This document shows positions 12,739 to 25,010 of a DNA stretch of 64,000 nucleotides, piece by piece. The position numbers were made by a program, and so were the translations under genes. Source of the DNA: Octopus sinensis (taxonomy: Eukaryota); assembly GCF_006345805.1 (NCBI RefSeq), contig NC_042997.1:41788001-41852000 (forward strand), in the 5' to 3' direction. Positions within the stretch are counted from its first letter, which is position 1. Every line of letters starts with the position of its first letter. The notes under the pieces are model-generated. The model had not been told where the DNA came from. It did not search any database and saw only the letters and a list, made by a program, of their open reading frames with translations.

Positions 12739-13125
12739 AGGTGTAGGAGTGGCTGTGTGGTAAGTAGCTTGCTTACCAACCACATGGTTCCGGCTTCAGT
12801 CCCACTGTGTGGCACCTTGGGCAAGTGTCTTCTACTATAGCCTCAGGCCGACCAAAGCCTTGTGAGTGGATTTGGTAGACGGAAACTGAAAGAAGCTCGT
12901 CGTATATATATATATATATATGTTTGTGTGTTTGTCCCCCCAACATTGCTTGATAACCGCTGCTGGTGTGTTTACGTCCCTGTAATTTAGCGGTTCGGCA
13001 AAAGAGACCGATAGAATAAGTACCAGGCTTACAAAGAATAAGTCCTGGGGTTGATTTGCTCGACTAAAGTCGGTGCTCCAGCATGGCCACAGTCAAATGA
13101 CTGAAACAAATAAAAGAGTAAAAGA
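12739..13125 (+). mobile_element. Full-length tRNA-derived SINE (family A)
   Basis: A box TGGCTGTGTGG, B box GGCTTCAGTCCC, internal (TA)n(TG)n, AAAAGAGT tail. Confidence 0.85.
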
Positions 13126-13233
13126 GAGAATAAAAATACGTGTTTAAGTCAAGTCTGTATGTTTTCGAATAGCTTCTATGTTTTTTATACTGTAATTATT
13201 TACATTTAATTCAATTTTTTTTTTTTTTTACAG

Positions 13234-13602
13234 GGGCCTGAAATTTTTAGTAAGTTCCTTCCTTATGTGGTAAATATGCTGGTTGATGACCAGCTGCGCT
13301 CACTTAATGCACGTTTATCAGACGCTCCACCTGTACAAGTTGCCGCTCCTCCTGACCTCTTTTTGACTGTTTTAAAGCTAACAAATGTTGGAAGCATGAT
13401 TGTGATGTACTACACCCTTCAGGTCACCCGACAGAAAGATAAACCTGCTGTCATGTCTATACTACCAGCTTTAACCCATTGTGAAAGTGACCGAGCTTTT
13501 GATGAAACATTCCTGCACACTTTGATTTCTTATCTCATCACTATGAGTGAAGACTTTAGCCAAGAAGACTTTTGTATTGCAACTTTTGATGAATTTTTAA
13601 TT
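13234..13602 (+). CDS. NELFB: NELF-B exon (GPEIFSKFLP...FDEFLI)
   Basis: Poly-T tract plus cAG at 13231-13233, GTGAGT at 13603; 123 codons; homologous to human KFLPMLM...AFGDIFLH...EDFC segment. Confidence 0.92.
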
Positions 13603-13700
13603 GTGAGTGAGCAGTCTTGTATTTTGTTGCATTTATAGTAATTTTTTAAGACCTGTTCCATATTGCTTGCATTTAACAGAAATTTATATCATAACATTTC

Positions 13701-14234
13701 TGGGATCTTTACCTTTTGACCTATAATTTTTTGTAACTAAACACTTTCAAACTTCGGACACTGGTAGAATGTGTCACATAAAACATCTTTTACTCTTAGC
13801 ATTTTTGAGAAAAACTTATATTTATGAAGATATTTCACCTTAAATTTCTCGTATTTCGGTAATTTCCTGGCTGTGTAATTTTTGTTTGTCACTGTTATTT
13901 ATGACAACCCTAACCCCCTAACCCTAAAAACCAGTACAAACGCACGAACGATGTCATAAATAACAGTGACAAACGAAATATACACCGCCAATAGTTGTTG
14001 TTGACAAACAACGGCAGTAATTTTATTCAGCTGAATACACGTCATTGATTGGTTGAAATTACCAAAATACGAGAAATTTAAGGTGAAATATCTTCATAAA
14101 TATAAGTTTTTCTCAAAAATGCTAAGAGTAAAAGATGTTTTATATGACACATTCTACCAGTGTCCGAAGTTTGAAAGTGTTTAGTTACAAAAAAATATTT
14201 TTTTAAATCTGTAGGTCAAAAGATAAAGATCTCA
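13701..14234. mobile_element. Foldback MITE with about 165-180-bp terminal inverted repeats
   Basis: 13701-13866 is near-perfectly complementary to 14055-14234; internal IR pair and CCCTAA-like spacer. Confidence 0.75.
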
Positions 14235-14942
14235 TTTCTGTTAGGCTTTTGGTTAGCAGAATTGTCAGGATAGCAGGCAGAATGAATTCCTTGTGGCATT
14301 TAGCTATAATCTTTTACATTGTGGGTTTAAAATTCCATCGAGGTTGAGTTTATCTTTCCTCCCTCCAGGTTTGATGAAATAAGGTACCAGTTCAAGTGCT
14401 GGAGTCAATGTAATTGACTGGCCTTTTGCATCTATATAAAATTATTATAAAATTTGTATTTTTCTCTAGAAATGATACAAATAATGTCACTAAACTTTTA
14501 AAAATATTTAGCACCTTCTCTGTTCAATACAGTTCAGACAACTTTACCAGTTGTACTATGATGAACTACAATAAGTATCTTGAGACAATGAGGGAGACTA
14601 TGTGGTCGCTTATCTGCTAGAAATAGCAGTCAAATCTTATTCAGCATTCCTCATAAATCTTTGTTGGAGCTCATCAAGTGCTTGATTTTGGGACTATCTT
14701 AGTTTTTCTGTAATATGAAAGAACATATTTATTAAATAATTAATATTCACCTTTTATGAATACTTATTAGTTGGTTTTGGGGTTACCCAACTTTTGTTTA
14801 ATTCTTGTCTATTAACTGGTTTATGTACAAATGAATTTTATTTGTTGGTGTTACTATTTAGATGAATTGTTTTCAAATTGGACATTCTTTTTAAATGAAG
14901 AATCAACTGTAATTTTCTTTCTTTTTTTTTTTCTTCTATCAG

Positions 14943-15065
14943 CCGGGTATCAAGGTAAAATCCAATATAGTACGTCACATATTACGTCTGTTATGGTACA
15001 TCTATGCCAGATTGCCTCCAGCTCGCTTGAAGTCACTTATGGCTGTAGTAGCTTCCAACTGTGAG
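14943..15065 (+). CDS. NELFB: NELF-B exon (PGIKVKSNIVRHILRLLWYIYARLPPARLKSLMAVVASNCE)
   Basis: Pyrimidine tract plus AG at 14941-14942, GTAATG at 15066; 41 codons; matches human NVHRHALRLLIHLHPRV. Confidence 0.88.
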
Positions 15066-16897
15066 GTAATGTTTATTTCTCAACTGTTTGTTAAAGAAGG
15101 GAACTGCCATTGCTGGTCAAGTTATTGTGATATCTGCCTACCATCTGTAATATTGGTTGTTTATATCCTGACTGTTTCCTTGTCAAAGATACTTAACTCT
15201 CAGTGGACCAGTAGTTTTATTATTAATTTGCAAGTATAATAAAATGCATATTAGTTTGGTGTCATTGCAGTCCAATTAAAAAATAAAAATACATTCTAAG
15301 TCACTCAACTCTTACACTATACATATATCTTTAGCTAAAGGCAATGTAACAAGTCATATCTAGAGTTGGAGATCAGTGAATGAGTATGATTGACTGCTGG
15401 ATCATATAGATATCTTCTAACATATCTGAGTTTCTCTAAAACTCTACATTATATTGTATTTGTATTCACATAGTGGTTTTTCAGATCATCACCTGTGGTC
15501 CTTCTCATCCTGCTCTTTACTCAAGGGTTCACAACTGGATTCCCATTTACTTATTCATAACTTTAGCTTTGCAGTATCAGATGAAAGTTTGGAAGAGTCT
15601 ATTCAAAACCAAAAGAACTGAATATAACAGCAAAATGCCAAGAAACTAGTTAAAAACAAAATCTACAAAAGTGGGTCTTACTCAGAAGACCCACTTTTGT
15701 GATCTTGCCCTGAAAACATTGAACCTCATAGCATAGATGACTTAATGAGAACAGATGGATTATACATCTAGGGTAAAAAAAAATTACTGTGAGTTGCTGA
15801 TTGAAGTGACCCATGGGAGTGAAAATCTAATATAAATCAGGATATAGTGATAATCCACCAGCTCTATTTAGGAATAAGTATTTAACTTTTAAACCAGTTC
15901 AACCATTCCAGATATATATAAAGGTGATCTGTTATTAAAATGTGTTGTGATTTATCTTTATATTTGTTTTGTATAAGCATTTGTAAGCCTCCCTTACTAC
16001 CACCATTTATGCTATGTAGTATTATAGGGACTCTCCCCCACATACTAAAAAGTATGTTAAACATTTACATGCAGTTATTTCTTATCCTTTGTCCGCTTTC
16101 ATTTTCATATGGGTTTGGATGGACCATTATGGTCCAAGTCAGTTGTCATTCAGAGTTACTGTTCTTATAGACATGGTTGAGGACAGTCTCACATGTTGCA
16201 GTTTGGGCTTGGTTTCTACAGATTGATGCCCTTCCTATCACCTGTCACTATACAGAATGTACTGGGTGCATTTATTGTGACACCAGCCTAGGCAAGCTAT
16301 CATATCCTCAACAAGGCAAAAGGGTCATCTTCACTTGTTTGCCAACCACTTTACAAAGTGTATTTGGTGCATTTTAACATGATACTAAGACAAGTTTGAT
16401 TGTCTTGTACCTCATAAAATTAGTCCACATTAGTTAAGAGTTTTAAATCAAAGCAGCATAACAGCAAAGGAAGGTAAATATAAGAGTGAAGACCAAAGAA
16501 AAATAGGTTGGGAGTAAGTGTATGATGATGTGAAAAGTGGTAGAGGAGGAAAGCAAGGGTGATGTTCTGAGTTCAGATCCTGCAAGTCAACTTTGCCTTT
16601 TATCCTTCCAGGCTCAGTAAAGTACTAGGTTTGATAGTATGGACTAAGTACCCTCTCAAATATAATTGCTGACTTTGTGTCTAAATTAAAACTCATTATT
16701 AATTAGGTAACAAACTGATAGATAATGAGTATCCGAAAAAAAAAATGCCCTTCATGTATCTAATGTTGCTTAGGTCAGTTTTGCCATTCATCATCTCAGG
16801 GTCAGTAAAACAAAGTACTGGTCAAGTATTTGGGTTGATAGAATCAACTAACTGTGCCTAAATTAGAAATGATTATTTATTTTTCTGTATTTTTCAG

Positions 16898-17017
16898 AAT
16901 TGTGAAGCAGCTCATACTGTGTACAAAATGCTTGAAGAGAGAATTGCAGCTCATCAACCAAGCCCTTCAGAACCAGAGCCACTTGAAGCTCCACTCATTC
17001 CAGCACCAGCTCAGTGA
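16898..17017 (+). CDS. NELFB: NELF-B terminal coding exon (NCEAAHTVYKMLEERI...LEAPLIPAPAQ*)
   Basis: ttttcAG at 16896-16897, TGA at 17015-17017; C-terminus resembles human ...LELPLPSVPAPAPL. Confidence 0.9.
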   Translation, partial: NCEAAHTVYKMLEERIAAHQPSPSEPEPLEAPLIPAPAQ

Positions 17018-17160
17018 AAAAGGCTAAGAACAACTTAGAGCTCATCTTTATTAAATCATGTTTATTTTTATCTCCCAGATATCTATTCAGTCATCTTAGG
17101 TAATATTATATTTTTTTATTTGTTCATGTGAAACATGGAAAGATAAGAGGAATCTTATCA

Positions 17161-17166
17161 AATAAA
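17161..17166 (+). promoter_or_regulatory. Candidate NELF-B polyadenylation signal AATAAA
   Basis: First AATAAA, about 145 nt after the stop codon; usage is unverified. Confidence 0.35.
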
Positions 17167-18567
17167 CATTCCCTTGCCATAAGAAGTCAATATCCTGCAT
17201 ACTGACTCAGAACTGTTCAGTTTTGCTTAAAGGCCAGCAATTGTACATATATAACAAAAAAAAAAAACCTTTGGGGAAATTTAAAATATTTTATCTCTTT
17301 TCATTGTTTTGTTTTTTGTTTTAATTTCTTCCAGTTTCAAAACCTTTCACCAGCTTTTATTTTGTTATGTTGCTTTACCAGTCACATAAGGGCACTTAGC
17401 ATTTTAAAGATGTTTAAATGCTATTTGTCCAAGCGAAAAAAAAAATGGGTCTTTATTTTAACAGCTGTGCACAAAACAAAATGAGGGTAATTAGGTTTTA
17501 AAAAAAAAAAAAAATTATCAGCTTAATCTATTTCACATGTTGGCATTATTTTAAGCATGTACATTTTCCCCTAGTGGCATAGATTAGATTCATATGCTTA
17601 GCAACATCTATTTACATTATTTTTGCAGTATTTTATTCTTCATGTTTTGAATTAACACATTCATGAACAATAACTTCACTGTATGCATCCACTCAAAGCA
17701 GAATTCAACTGGACAATTAATGGTTCACGGCTTACTATAAGTATGATCTAATATAAAACTCCTCTTTGAATTGCTTTTCTGCTTCCTATCACCACTCATT
17801 TCTGCAGTACATGTCTTTTGAGGTGCAGCTCTTAAAGGTTCCTCTGATACTAGATTTCTTTCCCAGTCCTTTTGCACCTCTAGAGATAGACAATATTCAG
17901 ATGCTCTGTTCAATACAAAAGAAGGAATAAGGACATTATTTACACTAGCTTAAAGTGCAAATTAGAAAATAAGTTGAATGGGTTTTCTACATAGAATATA
18001 GTTTGTTTAAAGGCTTTATCTTTCTCTTGTCAAATTCCTAGCTTACTTCTTACTGGAAGGTCCATAGAAAATGTGAGAACAGCATCTTCACTGGCTTTTA
18101 CAATGTGCTAGATACCTACCATCCAAGAGCTGTATTCCACATTGTATTTATGACTCAGGGAATAACATTGATGTCTTCATTAAAGTGTCCTGAGTTTGTG
18201 AAATGAAAGACATTGCAGTCGAATCCTATAGTCTGGGCAAAGATAAGGTAGCTTCTTTGTAGTTTGTGCTGCAATAAAATGCATGCAATGCATACTATGT
18301 AGTGTTAGGAAGAGGATCACATCATCAAAATCATATCCTAAATAGAATGAATGAGCAAGCTTGGGTTTTTCGACCCATCTGTGAGAGTAGTTAGTGACTC
18401 CAAATAACAACCAGCTTAGAAAGTGATCCCCCATCTAACCCTTGCTAGCATGCAAAGCAGATGTAAAAATGATAGTGGTGTAGAGTTAGCAGGAAAACGG
18501 GTAAAGAAATACTTTCCAGAAACAGAACGGCCAACTGGATGAGTAAAGGAAATACTAACATAATATT

Positions 18568-18822
18568 AACGTAAAGTATACTAGCCATCTCAATATGGCT
18601 AACCACTAGGGGTGGGTGTTACTGTAGCTTTTTAGCCCCAGGAGATCATCGTCTCCAGCTGGCTTTAGACACAATTTCAGTGCCCTCCCTTTGCAAATAT
18701 CAGAAGGGCACTGAAATTGTGTCTAAAGCCAGCTGGAGACGACGATCTCCTGGGGCTAAAAGCGTCAGTAACACCCACCCCCAGTGGCTAGCCACATTCA
18801 GATGGTTAGTACACTTTACGTT
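18568..18822. repeat. About 255-bp GC-rich palindrome (arms about 119 bp, 18-nt loop)
   Basis: 18568-18686 is the reverse complement of 18705-18822; the inner about 75 bp is nearly perfect. Confidence 0.9.
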
Positions 18823-18914
18823 GTCGAGCGGTTACTGTTTACATCTCGTTCGGAGATTTATTAATGCTAACATAATATTAGCAATCACAAAAACTAGTTA
18901 ATCAAGATTATTAG

Positions 18915-19105
18915 TTTCAAATTTTGGCACAAGGTCAGCAATTTAGTGGGAGGAGGTAAGTTGATCACATCGACTCCATTGCTGAATTGGTACTTATTTT
19001 ATTGACCCTGAAGTTCGGTGGAACTTGAACTCAGAAAATAAAAATGGACAAAATGCATTCAGCATTTTGCCCAATGTGATAATAATTTTGCCGGCTCCCT
19101 GCCTT
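18915..19105 (-). mobile_element. SINE family D copy
   Basis: TTTCAAATTTTGGCACAAGG...TGGTACTTATTTTATTGACCC; related copies at about 28285-28420, 48630-48975, 54430-54550 and, in + orientation, 14270-14420, 32060-32230. Confidence 0.6.
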
Positions 19106-20257
19106 CATCAAAACTATATATTGAGGAGGGCCACATATTGTGCCACAGTAAGGATATCAAAGTCAAGGGTGACAATTCAACATTAAAAAAAAAAGTTGAA
19201 AGTGATGATGTCTATCTTATCAAATACTGTTTAGCCCCAGGCCAACTGAAGACCTATGATAAAAGGCATTACAACCACGACCATCTCTAGTTTTCAGTAT
19301 AGTGTGTTTTGAATTATATTATCTAATGTATCCTTTTAAGATTTAGAGCAATAATGGTAGATCATGTTTTTTTTTTTTTTTTTTTTTAGCTTGAAAGCTC
19401 AAAATTTTAATTTTTCATTATTAATCATGTTATGTGAGTGTTCCCTTAAATGTGTACATTGTCTTCTACTTTTAGGTAAATGCTTAAATTTTTCATTTGA
19501 TGATATTGCAGGGAGATTTTCTTAAAGTTCATTGCTTCTTGCCTTAGGTATGACATCCCTGCTTTAGTCTCTTGTTTCTAGCTGGCTGGTCGAGTAACCA
19601 CATAAGAGTTTTCTTTATTGTCTTGTCAAATGTAATATTCTTAGTTTCTTTGAAGACAATGATGTTTTTAACTACAGATAAGGACTGTCAGACTGAAATT
19701 AGAGACTGATGTTGTTCCTTTTTATTTACTCTTATTCTTGCCTGCATCTCATTTAAGAGTTGAACTACTGGTGATGTTAAGAAATTCTAATCTCTCTCAA
19801 TATTCTATTTTTATAAAGAACACACCCATAAACTGGTTTTCCAGGTTTGTTGTGTTGAAATAATATAAGCTGATAGCTCAATATATCTCTAGAGAATATT
19901 GTTTATCATTAAGAAGCTTGTCAAGACTTGGGGAGCAGTTTTGGCAGGAGTCCAGCTAGCACAAGACAAAAATTCTAAATACTTTCTTTGCTGCAAATCA
20001 TAAATATATGCTTTATCGTCACTTTTAAGGCCTTATGTAAGAAAAAATTATTTTTATATTTACTGTATTGCCAACAGAGCTTAACACTGCAAAAATAAAC
20101 AAAAAGGTGCAGTGTTGGCTGTGTGGTTAAGAAGTTCACTTCCCAACCACATGGTTCTGGGTTCAGTCCCACTGCATGGCACTTTGGGCAAGTGCCTTCT
20201 ATTAGCTCCAGATTATATATAAGATTAGTATAATTTTCATGAAACATTGATATATAT

Positions 20258-20564
20258 GTTTTCTTTTTTAAAGCCAAAACAATGCATGTTATCAAAAATT
20301 AATAATACAAGTTGACAGTTTATATGTTTACCTGGTATTTCAATATTTCATGGTTAGGATACTTTCTTTAGGAAATCTGTGGAGAGAATGTTTTGTTAGC
20401 TGATATTTCTATTCTGCAGAACAGAAGTCAACTAACAACACATTTTCTCTGAAGGCTTCCTTGCTCTGAAATATTGAAATAGCAGGTAAAAATATAAGCT
20501 GTCAACTTGTATTATTTATTAATCTTTGATAAAATGCATTGTTTTGGCTTTAAAAAAAGAAAAC
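20258..20564. repeat. About 307-bp imperfect palindrome centred on TTCTGCAGAA
   Basis: 20258-20350 pairs with 20467-20564; inner arms also pair imperfectly. Confidence 0.85.
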
Positions 20565-20991
20565 CATTTGTATGTTCATGTTTGTGGCTCTTATTTCCAG
20601 TCTTATCTGTAAACATGTTCAACCATGGGAAAACATTACCTTGCTTGGAAACACGTAATAATTAACAACAGAAAGAGCGTTTGGCCATAGAAATTCTGCC
20701 CTATGCCAGCATTGAAAAGTGGAGGCTAAAATGATGGGATGATTAGTATAACTTTAAATAGACAATAGTTATCACCTGGTATGGAATTTTGAAAGATTTA
20801 ATTATTTCATTCCACTTTCATTAAATATTTGTATATAACATATAGTTAACTGTGCAAAAGGTGGAAAATAATTATTACATAAATAAATACAAATATTGTC
20901 TCTGATTTTACAAAAAAAGGCTTAAAACTGAATAAAAATCAGTGCTTGTTTGTTTGAAGTTCCATCTACAGCTGAGCTGCCTAAATATGTG

Positions 20992-21495
20992 TTAAACAGC
21001 AGTGCCATCATTGCCAGGTTCTTCACGCTGGTTGGACATTGCAGTTAGAATTTTGTCAAATATCTCATAGCGCTCCTGTGGATTTGTAACAGAACCCTTC
21101 TTCCCCCATAGCAATCGTACTTGGAATTCAGTCCTGAGAACTTCCTGAAGTTCTGGTGCTTCTCGAAGTTCACCAGTTAGTGATTGGCTAGACATTTTAT
21201 AAAGAGCTATCTGTGAAGAGATTAACCTTGCTGTGTCAAGGTGTACGAAAAAGCTCTCCAAGTCAAAAGTAGAATTGTTTGTTTCCCAAGGCATCATATC
21301 CATCATGGTTTCTAGGGTTCTTTCCATCAAGCTAACAACAGGTAAGATGTTTGGAATGCTGACATTCTGAAGGGGTAGCAAAAACGATCCTTCCGTTAGG
21401 GTCTGATGAACACCTCGTAACTTCTTATCATAAATCATTGCACTGCCTGTGTGATCTTGTCGTAGAATCAACCAAGTATCACGGAGACGTTTTAC
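20992..21495 (-). CDS. BCAR3: BCAR3/SH2D3C (NSP)-like gene, last exon: C-terminal Cdc25/RasGEF-like domain
   Basis: VKRLRDTWLILRQ...RTEFQVRLLWGKKG...ERYEIFDKILTAMS resembles the BCAR3 C-terminus (TEFQMRLLWGSKG...ERYEKFNQILTALS). Acceptor CAG at 21498-21496, TAA at 20994-20992. Confidence 0.92.
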   Translation of the reverse strand, partial: VKRLRDTWLILRQDHTGSAMIYDKKLRGVHQTLTEGSFLLPLQNVSIPNILPVVSLMERTLETMMDMMPWETNNSTFDLESFFVHLDTARLISSQIALYKMSSQSLTGELREAPELQEVLRTEFQVRLLWGKKGSVTNPQERYEIFDKILTAMSNQREEPGNDGTAV

Positions 21496-22298
21496 CTGTA
21501 AAGAACAAAATATTTATCTGTTAATATTTCAGTTTGACATGAAATCAATGTCTTATCCACTACATTCATTATTACAAAGAAGAAAAAAAAAGTAAAATGG
21601 CCAAAAACTTAAGAGTAATCACAATTTTATGATTGAAACTTTAACAACAATCATGGCATAAAAAAAATAGAAAGAAGTTTGTATATTTATAGAATGTTTG
21701 GAAATTTGACTTTTTGCATATAAATAGCTATGAAATAAAGTCATTGGTACAGCAATGAATCAAACTTGGAGGTATGAGGTCAACTCCCACAGCATGCCAT
21801 TTCATATATATATATATAATTTGTTTACAAACACAATGGAAAAAAATAAATAAGCATGTATTTTTCTTATTTAAATTCTAGATTAGTTTTAAAAAGAAAC
21901 GAACTATTATTTGCACTGTGTACACTGAGATCTGAAATGAAAATCCTCATATTAATACATTCCAGCAGTTTCAAATGCAAATATGCTAGTTGTGTATATC
22001 ACAAGAGAACAGAGCTTCTCCCTTTTACAATGACAGTGTGTTCATAACACATTTGGCTCATTGGTGCAAGGGATTCTGGGATGCCAGTATTTCAACATGT
22101 GATATCTTGTCAACTAAAAGGGCTTGGACCTTTGAGCCTAAACAAATTGCTGGCTTTAATTAAAATTTCAGCAGGCAGGTTTTTGGGCTGATCAGTGTTT
22201 ATATCTATCTATCTATCTAGGATGGGTAAACTGTTAAAATCATTTGCACATTATATAGCGAGAGCTGAAATGATGATGAGGCTCAAAGGTCTACGTAT

Positions 22299-22344
22299 TT
22301 CTGACTGACGAAGCAGAACATGCTGAAACACCAGTGTCCCAGAA
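22299..22344 (+). ncRNA. Type-I hammerhead ribozyme motif (core intact)
   Basis: TTCTGA-CTGACGA-AGCA-gaaca-TGCT-GAAA-CACCAGTG-TC-CCAGAA. Confidence 0.7.
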
Positions 22345-22925
22345 TCCTCAGCACAAATGAGATGAGGAGTGTGTTAAGAACACATGGTTGTCATAAAAGG
22401 AAGTTGTTCTGATGTAAAAAAAAAAAAAAAACAGCAACCAGCATATTTACATTTCAATCAGCTGGAATGTATCAAGAATAAACATGCAAATAATTGTGCA
22501 ATTAATGGTATAACAGGGCTAAAATACATTGACTCTCAATGTAACAGCTATATTATATTTCCTTATTAGCTTTTAAAATAGGTAAAATATGTTTAACCCA
22601 TTAGCATTTGGATTTCTCTGTCAAATGTGATGTTTATTTATTCACATTGATTTGAACTTGCCAAGCTTTACCTTGTAGCTTTGAGATTTCAGTGACATGA
22701 TTGTTTAGTTTTAGAAGGACATTGTAGGATGTGAGAAGCCAGATCTGGCTGGTTTGAAGATAAAACAGGTTGATTATTTTGGCCAGATATGGCCGGTTTA
22801 AATGTGAAAAGGTTAAACCCTAAATTTTAGAGCAGCATGCCTCACTAGAGGCAGAATCATTACACCAAAATTATTGCTCTAATATTGAAGTTAGATTTCA
22901 GTGTTTCTTGCAAAACCTTCAACTC

Positions 22926-24825
22926 TCATCATCATCATCGTTTAACGTCTGCTTTCCATGGTGGCATGGGTTAGACGGTTTGACTGAGGACTGGTGAGCC
23001 AGAGGCTGCACCAGGCTCAATCTGATCTGGCAAAGTTTCTACAGTTGGATGCCCTTCCTAATGCCAACCACTCCGAGAGTGTAGTGGGTGTTATTACATA
23101 ACACCGGCACAAGGGCCAGTCTGGCAGCACTGGCAACGACCACGCTTGAATGTTGTTTTTCATGTGCCAGTAAGGCAATCCTGGCAATGATCACGCTCGA
23201 ATGGTGCTTTTCACGTGCCACTAGCATGGGAGCCAATCCCTGGACCTGGCAAAGATCACGCTTGGATGTACTTTTAACATTCTCCTGGCACAAGTGCCAA
23301 AAGGCAGTACTGTCATCGGCCACGTCAGCGATTTTGATTTCACTTTCCTCAATAGGTCCTCGCAAGAAAAGTTTATTGTCCAATGAATGAGGGGTATTCA
23401 TAAGTGAGCTGGTTACACCCACTGGCATAGGCCATGAGCTCAGCATATCTCCAAAGGTCTCAGTCACTAGCCTCGGTAAGGCCCAATGTTCGATGGTCAT
23501 GCTTCGCCACCTCATCCCAGGTTTTCCTAGATCTACCTCTTCCACAGGTTCCCTCAACTGCTAGAGTGTAACACTTTTTCACACAGCTGTCCTCATTTTT
23601 TTGCAACACATGACCATACCAGTGCAGTCGTCTCTCTTGCACATCTGATGCTTCTTAAATCCAACTTTTCTCTCAGGGCACTTACAGTTTGTCGTGTATG
23701 CACACTGACATTATACATCCAGCGGAGCATACTGGCTTCATTCCTTACAAGCTTATGCATGTCCTCAGCAGTTATGGCCCATGTATCACTGCCATATAGC
23801 ATGGCAGTTCGTACACATGCGTCATACAGTCTACCTTTTACTCTGAGCGAGAGGCCTTTTGTCACCAGCAGAGGTAGGAGTTCTCTGAACTTTGCCCAGT
23901 TTATTCTTATTCTAGTGGCTACACTTTCAGAACATCTACCCCCGCTACTGACTTGGTCCCCTAGGTAACAGAAGCTATCAACTACTTCTAGTTTTTCTCC
24001 CTGGAATGTGACAGCTGTTCTCTGCACATTTTCAGTGTTTATAGCACTTGAGCCATATACAAAAACTATCTTCCCAATTAGCCTTCCTTTGATATTGCTG
24101 CACTTTTTATGTGTCCATAGCTTTCACTGGGTACATCTTATGGAGTTTCTACCTATGCCTTTTCTACAGATCGAGCAGGGCCATCTACCTGAAGGGATTT
24201 GTGGTTTGTCTGCCTTCCTACTTAAGACTTTGGTTTTAGCTAGGTTGACTCTAAGGCCCTTTGATTCTAATCCTTGCTTCCACACCTGAAACTTTCCCTC
24301 TAATTCTGATAGTGATTCAGCAATTAGAGCAAGGTCATCAGTATAGAGGAGCTCCCAGGGGCATCCTGTCTTGAATTTCTCTGTTATTGCCTGGAGGACA
24401 ATGATAAATAAGAGGGAGCTGAGGACTGATCCTTGGTGGACCCCTACCTGGAATTCTTCACTGTACTCATTGCCAAACTTCACCTTACTGACAGCATCCC
24501 TGTACATGGCTTGCACAGCTCTCACTAACCATTCATCTATCCCTAGTTTCCTCATTGACCACCAGATAAGGGATTGGGGGAGCCTGTCAAAAGATTTCTC
24601 CATGTCAACGAAAGCCAGGTACAGAGGTTTATCTTTGGCTAGGTATTTCTCTTGCAGCTGTCTTACCAGAAATATAGCACCAGTGGTGCTTTTCCCTGGC
24701 ACGAACCCAAACTGCATCTCATCTAAACTGACTCTCTCTCTAATTAGTTGGGTTATGACCCTCTCCACGACCATCATTACCTGATCCAACAACTTGATAC
24801 CTCTGTAATTATTTGTATCTAAAGC
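22926..24825 (-). mobile_element. 5'-truncated RTE LINE with partial RT ORF (24792-24124)
   Basis: NYRGIKLLDQ...QFGFVPGKST...LAFVDMEK.FD...GVHQGSVLS..LF...LYTDDLALI RT motifs; (ATC)n tail at 22926. Confidence 0.92.
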
Positions 24826-24841
24826 AACATTTTAAACTTAC

Positions 24842-25010
24842 CTGTTTGAAACCAATTCCTTCCATGACGTTCACAAAGCCAAATAAATTTCCAAGAGTAT
24901 TTTTAAGTTCTGTAGCAACCTGAATCCATTTACTCAACACTTGTGCTCTCATTACAATTTTGTTCCAGATGAGGATTGTTGTGGCTACAAACAACTGCAA
25001 GGTGTAACAT
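24842..25010 (-). CDS. BCAR3: BCAR3-like exon (CYTLQLFVATTIL...KWIQVATELKNTLGNLFGFVNVMEGIGFKQ)
   Basis: Acceptor TAG at 25013-25011, donor GTAAGT at 24841; phase 2 to 0; matches the NSP motif IQLAAELRGTMGNMFSF. Confidence 0.9.
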
